DNA from: Candidatus Atabeyarchaeum deiterrae
GTDB taxonomy: Archaea > Asgardarchaeota > Atabeyarchaeia > Atabeyarchaeales > Atabeyarchaeaceae
Direction of reading: 5' to 3'
Assembly (NCBI GenBank): GCA_037310415.1
Contig: CP147780.1
Coordinates: 576,001-640,000, forward strand
Length of the DNA: 64,000 nt
Positions 39,693 to 49,923 of the stretch are shown piece by piece. Position 1 is the stretch's first letter. The number at the start of each line of letters is the position of its first letter. The position numbers and the translations under genes are program-made. The notes under the pieces were generated by a model, which did not search any database, was not told the DNA's origin, and worked only from the letters and a program-made list of their open reading frames with translations.

Positions 39693-42600
39693 CTAGGTGT
39701 AGAGAAGTGCGCCGACTGTTATATGGTTGACTAGTTTGTTGGTTTCGTTCTCGTTGAATGGTAGGGGTGTTATTCCCCGGAGATTGAGGAATGCAAGTGT
39801 TCTCTGTAGTTTTGTGGCGTCTTTTTTCCATGGTGTGATTATGATTAGTCCCTTTATTTGTTCCTTTTGAAGTTCTTGTCTTATTGTTCCTATTTTTGCT
39901 GTTGTGGTTGATGGGTTCATTGTGTTGTTCGTCCAGACCGTGATCACGTATTGGCTTTGGTTATTGTTTGTTGTCGTTGTTAGTAGTTCCATGTTTTGGT
40001 CTATCCACATCGTGTTGATTCCTTTGTTTCGGAGGTCTTTGTGTATTGTGGTGGTTATGTATTCTTGTAGTATGTTTCGGTTTTCGTGGTCTGTGACTTG
40101 GTAGTATATTCTTGTTGTCGCTTGGGGGTTTTGGTAGTCTGGTGCTCTGACATCCCCGATGAGGTCCTTGGCAATTAGGGGTTCTATGTGTTTGATTAGT
40201 TGTTCCTTTGTTTTGATGTTCAGTCTTCTTTGTAGTATGGTTTCATCGATTATTTCATGTTGGTGTTTGAAGGCTTGTTTCACATCATGCCATAGTTGTG
40301 TCTCTTCGGGTGTGAGTGACCGTTGGCTCAAATTAGTTCTCGTAACGTGTTGGTGTTCTGGTTGCTCCTCACGTAGTGTTGGTGGTGGTGTGTTCATGGG
40401 TGGATTGGATGGTGTGGGTGGCTGGTAAGCATTTGGGGTATGGGATGTCTGTTGCTGGTTGTAGGTGAATGTGGAGCGTGGTGAGTTGTTGGAGAGGCTT
40501 TCTGTTTCTAATTCATGTTTGTCGTTTTGAAGCTGTTTTGTTTGTTGTTTCGAGTCTTTCATTGCTTCTATTGCTTTGATGTAGGTTCTTAGTGCTTCTT
40601 TATAGTCGCCGGCTTGGTATGCTTCTTCTGCTCTGCTTTTCAGTATGCTTGTTTCTGGGTCATGTGCTGTTATTGATTGGTTGTGCTCCGCTGGATTGGG
40701 TTTCGCTGTTTCTGCGTCGTAGATTATCGGGTAGTTTACCATGTTGTTTGTTATGATGTCTCTGTTGCTCACTTTTGGTGGGTTTATTTCGCATGTTCTA
40801 ATCCTTATGGCTTTGGAGTGTTTGGGTGTGGTTATTATGGCTTCCATCTTGGGCATTGCTTTGAGGTAGTTGGTTTGTTCTTCATTTAGGTTTAACCATT
40901 TTGCTGCTTTTTCGCCATCTACTGTTGTTCTTAGGAATATCTTGGTTGCAGAGTTTGCTAGTATGTTTTGACTTATGTTTGGTCTTTGTGTTGAGATTAT
41001 TACTCCTTGTCCTGTCGCTCTGAGTAGTAGTACCATTTGCTCGGTTATGCTTGTTTCAGCTGTTGTTCTTTTGGTTAGTATTTCTGGTACTATGTCGAGG
41101 GCGTCATCGATTATGAGTATGTGTTTCAAGTTGTCTTGTATTCCCCGTTGCTGGGCGGCTGTGGCTACGTACTTGGTGATGATGCTTGATATGAGACGCA
41201 AGTCTTCTCCTGTGCCATTTGTCTTGATTTCGCTCAGATCTATTATCGCTCTTCGTTTGATCAAGTCATTGAAGTTCACGTTGCTCTCGTCTTGATTGAA
41301 TACTTCGCTCAGTGGAGTTCTTGTAAAGGAGTATAGACGGTTGAGTAGAGCTTGGATTGTTGAGTTTATTTGAGGTATCGAGGCTGAACCGCTTCTCTTT
41401 GCGTAGCTTTCGAGCCACTCATTGAATCCACTCCAGTTTCTTGTGGTTTTGTCTTCGGATGATCTTTGCCTGATCGGTTGGTCCCTTTCTTCGCCATGTT
41501 CCTGGTCTCTCTTGTCTGGAGACGTCTTTTGTGTTATGTAGGTTACTAGAACCTCATAGAAAACCCGTTCCATTTGAGCGCTTAGCTCTCTGTTCTGATC
41601 TGTGAAAAGCGTTGAGAATGTCTCTTTGAGTATCGTGAAGATCTTCTTTGCATGAACATCAGGTTTTTCCATTTCTGGGTCAAACAGGCTGATCTTCAGT
41701 GCAGCGGTTTTCGACGCTGGCTTAAGATAGACAACGTTGTCCACTGATTTCACGAGGGGTTTGTACTCGCCTTTCATCTCTATTAATGTCCACGCGATAT
41801 CATAGCGCGACAGGTTCTCAAGTATTTTCATGATCAGCCTTGTCTTGCCGAATCCTGTTTCACCAAAAATGACAGTATGTAGCTTGAGATCCTGCAGTTT
41901 GATTCTCATTGGGCAAATCTCGTTTTCACCGTCGAGTACTGTGCCGATTATTAACTCCCCGTCTTCAAGCTCCTCCATTGAGGGAACATGAAAGGCTGGT
42001 ATTGATGTCTCGGGGATGCCTGCAACATGTTGCTCTGGTAGAAGGATCAGTGTTGCTGCTACCCTTGAAGAAGCATTCAACGTTGTGAACCCTATCGTCT
42101 GCCTGAATAGAAGATTAGTTAGATGTTTCGCAACATGTTTTCCTTTTAGCTTTTCGCATTCAATCCCAACTCCAGGGTTTGAGTAAATTGCCTCAATACA
42201 AGCGTCACCTTTCTCTTGCATCGACTTTGTTTCCTCAGGGGTCTCGCCTCGGTAGGCAACATATGCCGAGATCTTCCAGTAACCAGAGAGCTGTGCATTT
42301 CTATCTTCGCTAGCCTCTCTTTTCTTCTCATCGAGTTCAAGTAGTAACCTCATGTTGGGTTCCGTTTTCGCTTTTTCAATGAGTCTTGATTCTGATGCTA
42401 TTGATGGGGGTTTTGTTGCCTCCAAGTGAATTGTCATTGAAGCGGTGAAGCGTTCTCTTGTAAATGTTGAGATGAATTGCTCAACTTGGTTCTTTGGCAT
42501 CCCAGTAGTTGAGTCTGGGTTGGCCCTCCCCTTCAGGGCACTTACGGCAACATAACGCACATCTGTCCCTTGAATCCTTTCTATCTTGAGGAGCCTCCCG

Positions 42601-43490
42601 CGCGCATCGCCGGTGAAAGTCGAATCCCGACCGAGAATTGATCTGTAAACGCTCCACAGTTGGTATCCTTGTAGAAATTCGATCTTGGTGTTGAATCTGC
42701 TTTGCATTATGCTTCTAAGCTTTTGAGCTTTCTCTTCGGCTACTTCTGCAGCATGTTCTGCATCTGGACTAATTGCCAATGTGAAGAATTCCACTGATGA
42801 TAGACCTTTCTCTACTGTAAACTCGACACTGAAATCTGGAACATTATTCCATAAGGAAGTCATATGAGAAAAGTTGACTATCTCCCCAACCGTTGTCTCA
42901 AAATCCCTTTTTTCGTGTGTATGAATCATTAGTCCTTTACCTAGCGGCTCCAATGAATTTGTTGAGCGACTCGCCAACTTGAGAATGCACAAGGCGAAAT
43001 TCTTGTCCTTGCCCTTGAGCACAAGAGTCTTGCCACGGTAGACTGCCAAATCTGTGGCAGGATCCACGCACTCACCGTCTATTTTGATGTTTCTCCGAGA
43101 AAAAGACATGGCGACTGACCCAAGCAATGCGAGGAATCCGGAAACCAGAAGGAACTGGTTAAACAATACTACTAATGTACCAGAAGGCGAGGGCAATCCT
43201 GTTAATGAATTGCTCAGGCAGGCGGAAACAATACTAACAACTACTATACTTAGGGAGACTATTGCTGCACACTGCGACTTCTTCTTGATGTATTTCTCTT
43301 CAAATAGTCGGTAGGCGATGTATGACATGACCACGATTGGCGATGTCGTTAGAGTTATTCCCAGTGTCTGTTGGTATAGGGACGCTTTTTCCAAACCAAG
43401 GAGTTGCGTGAGCAATCTCGCGATAAGCAAAATGAATACATTGACCGCGAGCAAAGAGATTACTGCGTTTCTGCCGTTGATGATAAGCAC
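39693..43490 (-). CDS. Membrane-anchored HerA/VirB4-like (DUF87) ATPase with extended C-terminus
   Basis: About 4 N-terminal transmembrane helices; HTVIFGETGFGKT, ILIIDDA, STQRP; TPR-like segment AEEAYQAGDYKEA. Confidence 0.85.
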   Translation of the reverse strand: MLIINGRNAVISLLAVNVFILLIARLLTQLLGLEKASLYQQTLGITLTTSPIVVMSYIAYRLFEEKYIKKKSQCAAIVSLSIVVVSIVSACLSNSLTGLPSPSGTLVVLFNQFLLVSGFLALLGSVAMSFSRRNIKIDGECVDPATDLAVYRGKTLVLKGKDKNFALCILKLASRSTNSLEPLGKGLMIHTHEKRDFETTVGEIVNFSHMTSLWNNVPDFSVEFTVEKGLSSVEFFTLAISPDAEHAAEVAEEKAQKLRSIMQSRFNTKIEFLQGYQLWSVYRSILGRDSTFTGDARGRLLKIERIQGTDVRYVAVSALKGRANPDSTTGMPKNQVEQFISTFTRERFTASMTIHLEATKPPSIASESRLIEKAKTEPNMRLLLELDEKKREASEDRNAQLSGYWKISAYVAYRGETPEETKSMQEKGDACIEAIYSNPGVGIECEKLKGKHVAKHLTNLLFRQTIGFTTLNASSRVAATLILLPEQHVAGIPETSIPAFHVPSMEELEDGELIIGTVLDGENEICPMRIKLQDLKLHTVIFGETGFGKTRLIMKILENLSRYDIAWTLIEMKGEYKPLVKSVDNVVYLKPASKTAALKISLFDPEMEKPDVHAKKIFTILKETFSTLFTDQNRELSAQMERVFYEVLVTYITQKTSPDKRDQEHGEERDQPIRQRSSEDKTTRNWSGFNEWLESYAKRSGSASIPQINSTIQALLNRLYSFTRTPLSEVFNQDESNVNFNDLIKRRAIIDLSEIKTNGTGEDLRLISSIITKYVATAAQQRGIQDNLKHILIIDDALDIVPEILTKRTTAETSITEQMVLLLRATGQGVIISTQRPNISQNILANSATKIFLRTTVDGEKAAKWLNLNEEQTNYLKAMPKMEAIITTPKHSKAIRIRTCEINPPKVSNRDIITNNMVNYPIIYDAETAKPNPAEHNQSITAHDPETSILKSRAEEAYQAGDYKEALRTYIKAIEAMKDSKQQTKQLQNDKHELETESLSNNSPRSTFTYNQQQTSHTPNAYQPPTPSNPPMNTPPPTLREEQPEHQHVTRTNLSQRSLTPEETQLWHDVKQAFKHQHEIIDETILQRRLNIKTKEQLIKHIEPLIAKDLIGDVRAPDYQNPQATTRIYYQVTDHENRNILQEYITTTIHKDLRNKGINTMWIDQNMELLTTTTNNNQSQYVITVWTNNTMNPSTTTAKIGTIRQELQKEQIKGLIIITPWKKDATKLQRTLAFLNLRGITPLPFNENETNKLVNHITVGALLYT

Positions 43491-43627
43491 CCGTAATTCT
43501 AGTATAAAAGCAGCTGGTATTAGAACCCCTCATTTGGCAGAGACGGTCCCAAAGGCAGAATGAAGAAAGAGAGAACCTGTGGACAAAGTACACGCAAGCG
43601 TGGTCGACTTTTTTCCTTATTCTCGAT

Positions 43628-45424
43628 CTATGCCGTGGCAGCTATGCTTGATGTTGACTTGCTTAGTAGAGATTCAAACTGCTGATCCATTCTTTTCTCA
43701 ACTTCGTCAAAGACTTCTTTGATTTTTGATTGCTCAACTATTTTGAGTCGAGCTATTTCGTCGTAGGTGCCTAGCTTAAGCACCTCACGAATTGGTGCAC
43801 CTAGATTAACCGCCCTTTTCATGTTCTCGTAGAATTTGATTACTGCTCTCAGTAACCTGTAGGACTTTGTTGGATCACAATATGAGTCGACTGGATGCAG
43901 GGCTGATTGCATCAAGTAGTCTTCTCTGATCATTCGGGCCGCCTCCAAGATCACCTTCTCAGTTTCAGGCAACGCGTCAGGCCCCACAAGTTGAACGATT
44001 TCCTTGAGTTCCTCTTCCCTTTGCAGCAAGGTCATTGCCGTCTCCCTTATTGAAGCCCATTCTGGGCTGACTTTGGCTTCGAACCATTCTCTTAGGTTAT
44101 CCTGGTATAGGCTGTAGCTTTGAAGCCAGTTTATCGCAGGGAAGTGCCTTCGGGAGGCTAGGTCCTTGTCAAGCGCCCAGAAGACCTTAACAATCCTGAG
44201 TGTGTTCACCGTGACTGGTTCTGAGAAGTCCCCGCCTGGTGGACTAACTGCTCCAGTTACACTAATGCTACCAATGCGCTCCTTGGGCCCTAGAATCACA
44301 ACTCTTCCAGCCCTCTCATAGAACTCGGACAGCCTGCTCGCGAGGTATGCGGGATACCCCTCTTCGCCTGGCATCTCTTCAAGACGACCTGATATCTCCC
44401 TTAGAGCTTCGGCCCACCTTGAAGTGCTGTCTGCCATTAGAGCAACATCGTAACCCATGTCACGGAAGTACTCAGCCATGGTGATTCCAGTGTAAATGCT
44501 TGCCTCTCTCGCTGCCACCGGCATGTTACTGGTATTTGCTATCAGCACCGTGCGCGCCATCAGAGGCTCGCCAGATCTCGGGTCAGTCAGCTTGGGGAAC
44601 TCCTCTAGAACTTCTGTCATTTCGTTTCCCCTTTCCCCGCACCCGACATAGATTATTATCTTAGCATCGGCCCATTTGGCCAATTGGTGCAGCATCACGG
44701 TTTTTCCTGTCCCGAATCCTCCAGGAATGGCCGCAGTTCCACCTTTTGCAGTCGGGAAGAATGTATCTATGATCCTTTGACCAGTAACCAATGGTGTATC
44801 GGTACTCAACTTAAACTTAATGGGACGTGCTCTTCGAACAGGCCAAGTTTGAAGGAGCGCTATTTTATTCTCTCCACCGTCAGCACTCTTAACAGTGGCT
44901 ATTGTGTCAACCAGTTTGTATTTTCCCTCATCCGCAACTTCAACTAACTCGCCTGACATACCGTAGGGAACAATTATCCTGTGTGTTACAAGTTTCGTTT
45001 CTGGAATTTCACCAACTGGTGTTCCAGGCTCCACCTTTTCACTTTTTCTCAACAATGGAATGAAATGCCACTCAGTGTCGCGGGGCAGTGCCTCCGTTAC
45101 GACGCCTCTCCTTATGAAGTCGCCAACAGCTTCCTTGATTCTAGGCAGCGGCCGCTGAATGCCATCAAAGATCTGACCGATCAGACCCGGACCCAATTCA
45201 ACTGACAATGGTCGCCCTGTAGCGATAACAGCTTCCCCCGGTTTGATCCCAGCGGTCTCCTCGTAAACCTGAATGGTGCAAACATCTCCAGATACCTTGT
45301 TCACTTCTCCGATTAATCCTTCGTCCCCTACTCTGCAGACCTCGTACATCTTAACACCGCGGAGACCTTCGGCATCAACGACTGGTCCTGAGACCCTGAT
45401 TATTTTACCATTGATTTCTGACAC
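43628..45424 (-). CDS. atpA: A/V-type ATP synthase subunit A
   Basis: [40 protein letters not shown]. Confidence 0.98.
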   Translation of the reverse strand: MSEINGKIIRVSGPVVDAEGLRGVKMYEVCRVGDEGLIGEVNKVSGDVCTIQVYEETAGIKPGEAVIATGRPLSVELGPGLIGQIFDGIQRPLPRIKEAVGDFIRRGVVTEALPRDTEWHFIPLLRKSEKVEPGTPVGEIPETKLVTHRIIVPYGMSGELVEVADEGKYKLVDTIATVKSADGGENKIALLQTWPVRRARPIKFKLSTDTPLVTGQRIIDTFFPTAKGGTAAIPGGFGTGKTVMLHQLAKWADAKIIIYVGCGERGNEMTEVLEEFPKLTDPRSGEPLMARTVLIANTSNMPVAAREASIYTGITMAEYFRDMGYDVALMADSTSRWAEALREISGRLEEMPGEEGYPAYLASRLSEFYERAGRVVILGPKERIGSISVTGAVSPPGGDFSEPVTVNTLRIVKVFWALDKDLASRRHFPAINWLQSYSLYQDNLREWFEAKVSPEWASIRETAMTLLQREEELKEIVQLVGPDALPETEKVILEAARMIREDYLMQSALHPVDSYCDPTKSYRLLRAVIKFYENMKRAVNLGAPIREVLKLGTYDEIARLKIVEQSKIKEVFDEVEKRMDQQFESLLSKSTSSIAATA

Positions 45425-45632
45425 AGCGGTTCACCTTAGTGAATTAGATTCGAGGTCATCTGGATAAGCAATAGTGGAGATGGATTAGATCACCCTTAAA
45501 ACAGTTACGGCAAGTCAAACTTATTTAAAGATTGTGAAGACGCTCTCCCCTTTGAGTCGTCAGCCATCGACTACATGATGGAGGGTTCATATATCATCAT
45601 CTCTAAGCAATTGTTTTAGAGGATAGAGTATC

Positions 45633-45980
45633 ATGCATCTCTCTGTTGAGAGACTTATGAGCACAGTTGCACTCCTGTCTTTGGCGATGGCAATTGCGCC
45701 CCGACTCTTCGTTGCTGGCTCGATATCTTCTCAGTCTCTTTACAGCCCAGTCGGCGAAGTATTGGATGATCTTCTTAGAGTGTGGATTGTTAACCTGATT
45801 GTGATCGCGCTTTCGGTGGATGATACGTCTCTTTCTCTGAGTATCATCCCCTTCCTATTCATATTTCCAGCTACACTTATAGTCTGTATGGCTGACAGTC
45901 AGGCGTTTTTGAGAATCATGGGATTGGCCCTTTTGACCATTGTGTTCGCTATAGCTCGGTACGTAGCCAATCTGGTTTAA
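45633..45980 (+). CDS. Small membrane hypothetical protein
   Basis: Hydrophobic ORF of 115 aa. Confidence 0.4.
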   Translation: MHLSVERLMSTVALLSLAMAIAPRLFVAGSISSQSLYSPVGEVLDDLLRVWIVNLIVIALSVDDTSLSLSIIPFLFIFPATLIVCMADSQAFLRIMGLALLTIVFAIARYVANLV

Positions 45981-46163
45981 GGTCTTTTGAAGCCTGAGCC
46001 ATCTAGTCTGAGTTGGATTGTTCACTTTTATGCCACCCTCTTCAAACATTTAAAGTACCAGTCTACTGTGATTGTGGAATCAGTGTCTCGGTGGAGGTCT
46101 GAACTTCGCGCAAAGATAGGGGAACGAATAGAAGCCAGTCAGCCTCTAAGGACGTGAATAGAG

Positions 46164-46475
46164 GTGATATTGAAACTGACGAAGACTGCTCCCCTAGACA
46201 TAGAGGAAGTGCTTGCATCAAAGAGCAGAATCAGGATACTTAGAGTGTTGGCTATGAAGGGACCTCTTAACATCACTGAGATCAGAAAGTGCACAAAACT
46301 TAACTACAAATCCATATCCAGAGCCTTAGAGGCTCTCAAGCAGATGAGAGTAATCGGAGAACTATCCATAGATCGAACGCGCAACTTCCGAGTGAAAGTA
46401 GAGAATGCCGAGACCTCGGCGCTGGTGGAACTGATCAAACGCCTCGCCAATCTTGAGAGAACTCGTAGTGGATGA
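46164..46475 (+). CDS. ArsR-like winged-helix transcription regulator
   Basis: SKSRIRILRVL...LNITEI...LNY. Confidence 0.75.
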   Translation: MILKLTKTAPLDIEEVLASKSRIRILRVLAMKGPLNITEIRKCTKLNYKSISRALEALKQMRVIGELSIDRTRNFRVKVENAETSALVELIKRLANLERTRSG

Positions 46476-46630
46476 ATAGAACAGGAAAACAGATCCTAGA
46501 GCAGATGAACCTCATCTGCCTGAGTAGTTTACACCCAGCTAGCACCTAAAATATAAGACCTAAGAGCATCCTTATCAAATTGCGAGACAGATCTCCAAAG
46601 ACTCTTTCAAACATACTGGAGGGATAACTC

Positions 46631-47608
46631 ATTACAGAGGAATCTGATATTCAGGAAGAGAATTCAAAAGGCGTTAAGACTTTGACCGATCTCCCCGGTG
46701 TCGGTCCCGCAATCGCCAAGAAACTAGTTGAAGCAGGGTACCGCCGAGTAGAATCAATAGCAGTAGCAGCAGTCCAAGAATTATCAAAGATAGCGGACAT
46801 AGGCGCTAACACAGCTCAGAAGATCATAGAAGAGGCACGTAAGGTTCTCGAAATCGGCTTCGAGACAGCAGAAGAAATCTTTAAACGCAGAAAGAATGTA
46901 GGGCGAATCATCACAAGCTCGAAGAACCTTGACACACTCCTGGGCGGAGGAGTTGAAACTCAGTCAATAACTGAAGCTTACGGCGAATACAGAACTGGAA
47001 AAACCCAGATCGCTCACCAGTTATCTGTAAACATACAACTTCCAGTCGAAAAAGGCGGACTGGAAGCCGGAGCACTCTATGTAGATTGTGAAGGAACCTT
47101 CAGACCAGAGCGCATCTACCAAATGGCGCTCGGACAAAAACTCGACCCAACCAAGGTTCTCAAGAACATAATAATCGCAAGAGCTTACAATTCCGACCAC
47201 CAAGTCCTGCTGGTTCACCAATCCGAAGAATTCGTTGAAGAGAAGAACATCAGGTTGATAGTGGTCGATTCAATAGTCGGGCACTTCCGCGCCGAATATA
47301 TTGGGCGTGAAAGATTAGCAGAGCGCCAACAGAAACTAAACAGACATCTGCATGAACTGCAAAGGCTCGCCGACATACATGGAGTCGCAGTATTCGTTAC
47401 GAACCAAGTCATGGCTAAACCAGACGTTTTCTTCGGAGACCCCACTCAACCAGTTGGTGGTCACGTACTTGCACACGTGCCTCAGACACGGCTTTACCTC
47501 AGAAGATCTAAGGGAAACATAAGAATCTGCAGACTAGTCGATAGTTCATATCTACCGGAAGGCGAAGCAGTCTTCGTGATCACAGAAGAAGGAATAAAAG
47601 ACCAGTAG
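46631..47608 (+). CDS. radA: DNA repair and recombination protein RadA
   Basis: DLPGVG HhH, GEYRTGKTQ, GTFRPER, LAERQQKL, GGHVLAH; likely ATT start at 46631 after GGAGGG. Confidence 0.97.
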   Translation: MTEESDIQEENSKGVKTLTDLPGVGPAIAKKLVEAGYRRVESIAVAAVQELSKIADIGANTAQKIIEEARKVLEIGFETAEEIFKRRKNVGRIITSSKNLDTLLGGGVETQSITEAYGEYRTGKTQIAHQLSVNIQLPVEKGGLEAGALYVDCEGTFRPERIYQMALGQKLDPTKVLKNIIIARAYNSDHQVLLVHQSEEFVEEKNIRLIVVDSIVGHFRAEYIGRERLAERQQKLNRHLHELQRLADIHGVAVFVTNQVMAKPDVFFGDPTQPVGGHVLAHVPQTRLYLRRSKGNIRICRLVDSSYLPEGEAVFVITEEGIKDQ

Positions 47609-47656
47609 AGCCCCGTGAGGGTTCGCACTTCATTTTCTCTGCTCGAAAATCAAGCA

Positions 47657-47766
47657 TGGCGGGCCCGGAGGGATTTGAACCCACGACCACCGGCTGTCCG
47701 CAGATGCGCCAATTATCTCCAAGCACTTCGCAGGCCGGCGCCCTATCCTGACTAGGCCACGGGCCC
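47657..47766 (-). tRNA. tRNA-Arg(GCG) with a 32-nt intron at 37/38 and encoded CCA
   Basis: GGGCCCG acceptor stem, CCGGC/GCCGG anticodon stem, GGTTCAAATCC T arm, BHB-like junction. Confidence 0.9.
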
Positions 47767-47970
47767 TTCACGAGACAATTCAGTTAAAGACTAGATCGGT
47801 CAGAGTTTAATACCTTTTCTTTCTCAGAAAGCAACTCTCCGCAAATCCCTAAAAGCAATTATTGCAATACCAGTACCATAACGGGAGTAGTTACTTTCAT
47901 CCAGGCTAAGCTTCACCTTCTTCCTACAGAAAGACTGACTCCCACCCAGCACTGAGGAGTTGTAAGCGGT

Positions 47971-48729
47971 TTGGAGGAAGAGACACCATCAAGCACCTCA
48001 CACTTGAAGGAGATAACGCTGAGAATAAGAGTCGTTGAGTTTCTGAAACTGCTAAAGAGAACTCACACCTACAGAGAACTATCGCGCGCTTCGGGGTTAC
48101 CAGTTACCGTGCTAAACAGGTACATCAAAGGAAGAGTAATACCAAGTCAAGGCAGAGCCAATCTGTTGCTCAGAACCTTTCGAGACATGTTCGATCTGTC
48201 ATCGGAAGTGAAAGGCAGAATTGTTTTCGACAAGAATGGATATCTTGACAATACTCCCCTCCTCAGTGACACGCTGCTATCCCGGGCCATAGCAGGAGAA
48301 GTCGCAAAGAGATTTGCAAACAAGAAGATAACCAAGGTACTATGTCCCGCCGTAGACGGAATCCCCATCGCGGTTCATATCGCAAATGAACTCGGCGTCG
48401 ACTTAATCATCGCTAAGAAGGCAAAGGAGGTTGGCATTGAGAGTTTTATTGAGGAGAGTTATATCCCAAGTTATTCGGGAGTGATGATGAGTCTTTATCT
48501 CCCAAAGAAAGCATTGTCATCCAAGGACAAGGTAGTCATAATCGATGACGTCATTCGGTCAGGAGAAACCCAACGAGCACTAATCAATTTGGCTGACAAA
48601 GTTGGAGCAGCAGTCGTGGGGATATTCATCTTAGTCTCCATAGGCAACTTATGGGAAACAGAGCTGAAATTACCTTCTACGTGCCAGATGGAGATCCTTG
48701 TGAAACTGCCCGTACCGACTCATTCCTGA
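47971..48729 (+). CDS. HTH plus phosphoribosyltransferase domain protein (PurR-like)
   Basis: N-terminal HTH; VVIIDDVIRSGET PRPP-binding loop. Confidence 0.85.
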   Translation: MEEETPSSTSHLKEITLRIRVVEFLKLLKRTHTYRELSRASGLPVTVLNRYIKGRVIPSQGRANLLLRTFRDMFDLSSEVKGRIVFDKNGYLDNTPLLSDTLLSRAIAGEVAKRFANKKITKVLCPAVDGIPIAVHIANELGVDLIIAKKAKEVGIESFIEESYIPSYSGVMMSLYLPKKALSSKDKVVIIDDVIRSGETQRALINLADKVGAAVVGIFILVSIGNLWETELKLPSTCQMEILVKLPVPTHS

Positions 48730-49214
48730 CCTATTCTTAAGAGAACTTTGCGCAACAATCCCACCAAAGAAATGATACCTTTCATAACTGGATCAGAAAT
48801 ACCTCTCCCAAACTCGAGTCTCAATGGTTCGATCCCTAGCACAACAACCTTTGCGTCCAACTCATTCTGCAAGTAGTCAATAAGAAGCGACAAAGGAAGA
48901 ACATGTGTAGAGAAACTCAAACCAGCTATGTCATCCTTCTCTACTATCCCAACGGAACCAGGCTGCAGCCCCATCTCCGCAACATCGACTATTAGTACAT
49001 GAGAAGGGTGATACTTACGAATGGCGGCAGTAAAATTCTCTGGTGTCGCCCCAGCTTCTATGATACGTACACCTCTCTGCAGATACCCTTCCTCCTTCAA
49101 CCGCCTAGCCAGCTCAACACCGCCTCCATCGTCGCCCTTAAGTTCGTTTCCCACACCTAGCACAAGCAGACGACTAGCCCCCCGTAATCTTTCTAACAAT
49201 ACATCTTCAAGCAA
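48720..49214 (-). CDS. Hydrogenase maturation protease (HycI-like)
   Basis: LGVGNELKGDDG.G, PENF, FSTHVLPL. Confidence 0.9.
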   Translation of the reverse strand: MLEDVLLERLRGASRLLVLGVGNELKGDDGGGVELARRLKEEGYLQRGVRIIEAGATPENFTAAIRKYHPSHVLIVDVAEMGLQPGSVGIVEKDDIAGLSFSTHVLPLSLLIDYLQNELDAKVVVLGIEPLRLEFGRGISDPVMKGIISLVGLLRKVLLRIGQE

Positions 49215-49318
49215 CTACTCGAACACCACTAAACATTAAAAAGGCATCATCGCTGTTTTAATCTTGACCTTAACCCCGAGTCTCACTTTATAGGTTAACC
49301 TCCAAGAGGAAGAGCAAA

Positions 49319-49915
49319 ATGGCAGAAGAACCTTTTGGCGAGAAAAGCGAGGAAGAACCAGAAAAACAGGAAATTGAGGAAGCCCCGATTCCAGAGAAAC
49401 CCAAGGCTTTTCTCTCTGATTTACAGACCATCATAAAGAAAGGCGTGGAAGACGTATACAACCGAGGTTTCTACGGCACAAAACAAGAAGACGGAACGCT
49501 ACTGCTATCACCAGTAGAGACCATGTTCTCTCTTGAAAGAAACAGAATCGAATTACACGACGAGAGGACTGGAACTCAGATAGATCTCTACGAGTACCTG
49601 CAAAGACTATATGACAAACACCAAGATCTGTGGACACAGTACCTAGTCTACAGAGACTTAAGAAGCAGAGGATACATCGTGAAGCAAGGTCTCAGTGAGG
49701 AGATCCCTTTCAGAGTGTATCCGAGGGGGAGCGAAATCGGCAAAGACACCTCCAAGTATCTGATCTACATAGTTAAAGAAGGCGTACCGATCGAGTTAAG
49801 CAAACTCGACAAAGCAACAACGACAGTAAAAGGCATAGGAAAGAAACTAATACTCGCCGTACTCAACAGACAAGGGGAAGCAACTTATTACCAGATCTCA
49901 CAAGTAAGCATTTGA
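49319..49915 (+). CDS. endA: tRNA-splicing endonuclease subunit (probably the structural subunit)
   Basis: LSPVE, VYRDLRSRGY, FRVY; the catalytic His and the K(F/Y)G motif are not evident. Confidence 0.85.
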   Translation: MAEEPFGEKSEEEPEKQEIEEAPIPEKPKAFLSDLQTIIKKGVEDVYNRGFYGTKQEDGTLLLSPVETMFSLERNRIELHDERTGTQIDLYEYLQRLYDKHQDLWTQYLVYRDLRSRGYIVKQGLSEEIPFRVYPRGSEIGKDTSKYLIYIVKEGVPIELSKLDKATTTVKGIGKKLILAVLNRQGEATYYQISQVSI

Positions 49916-49923
49916 AATTCAAA

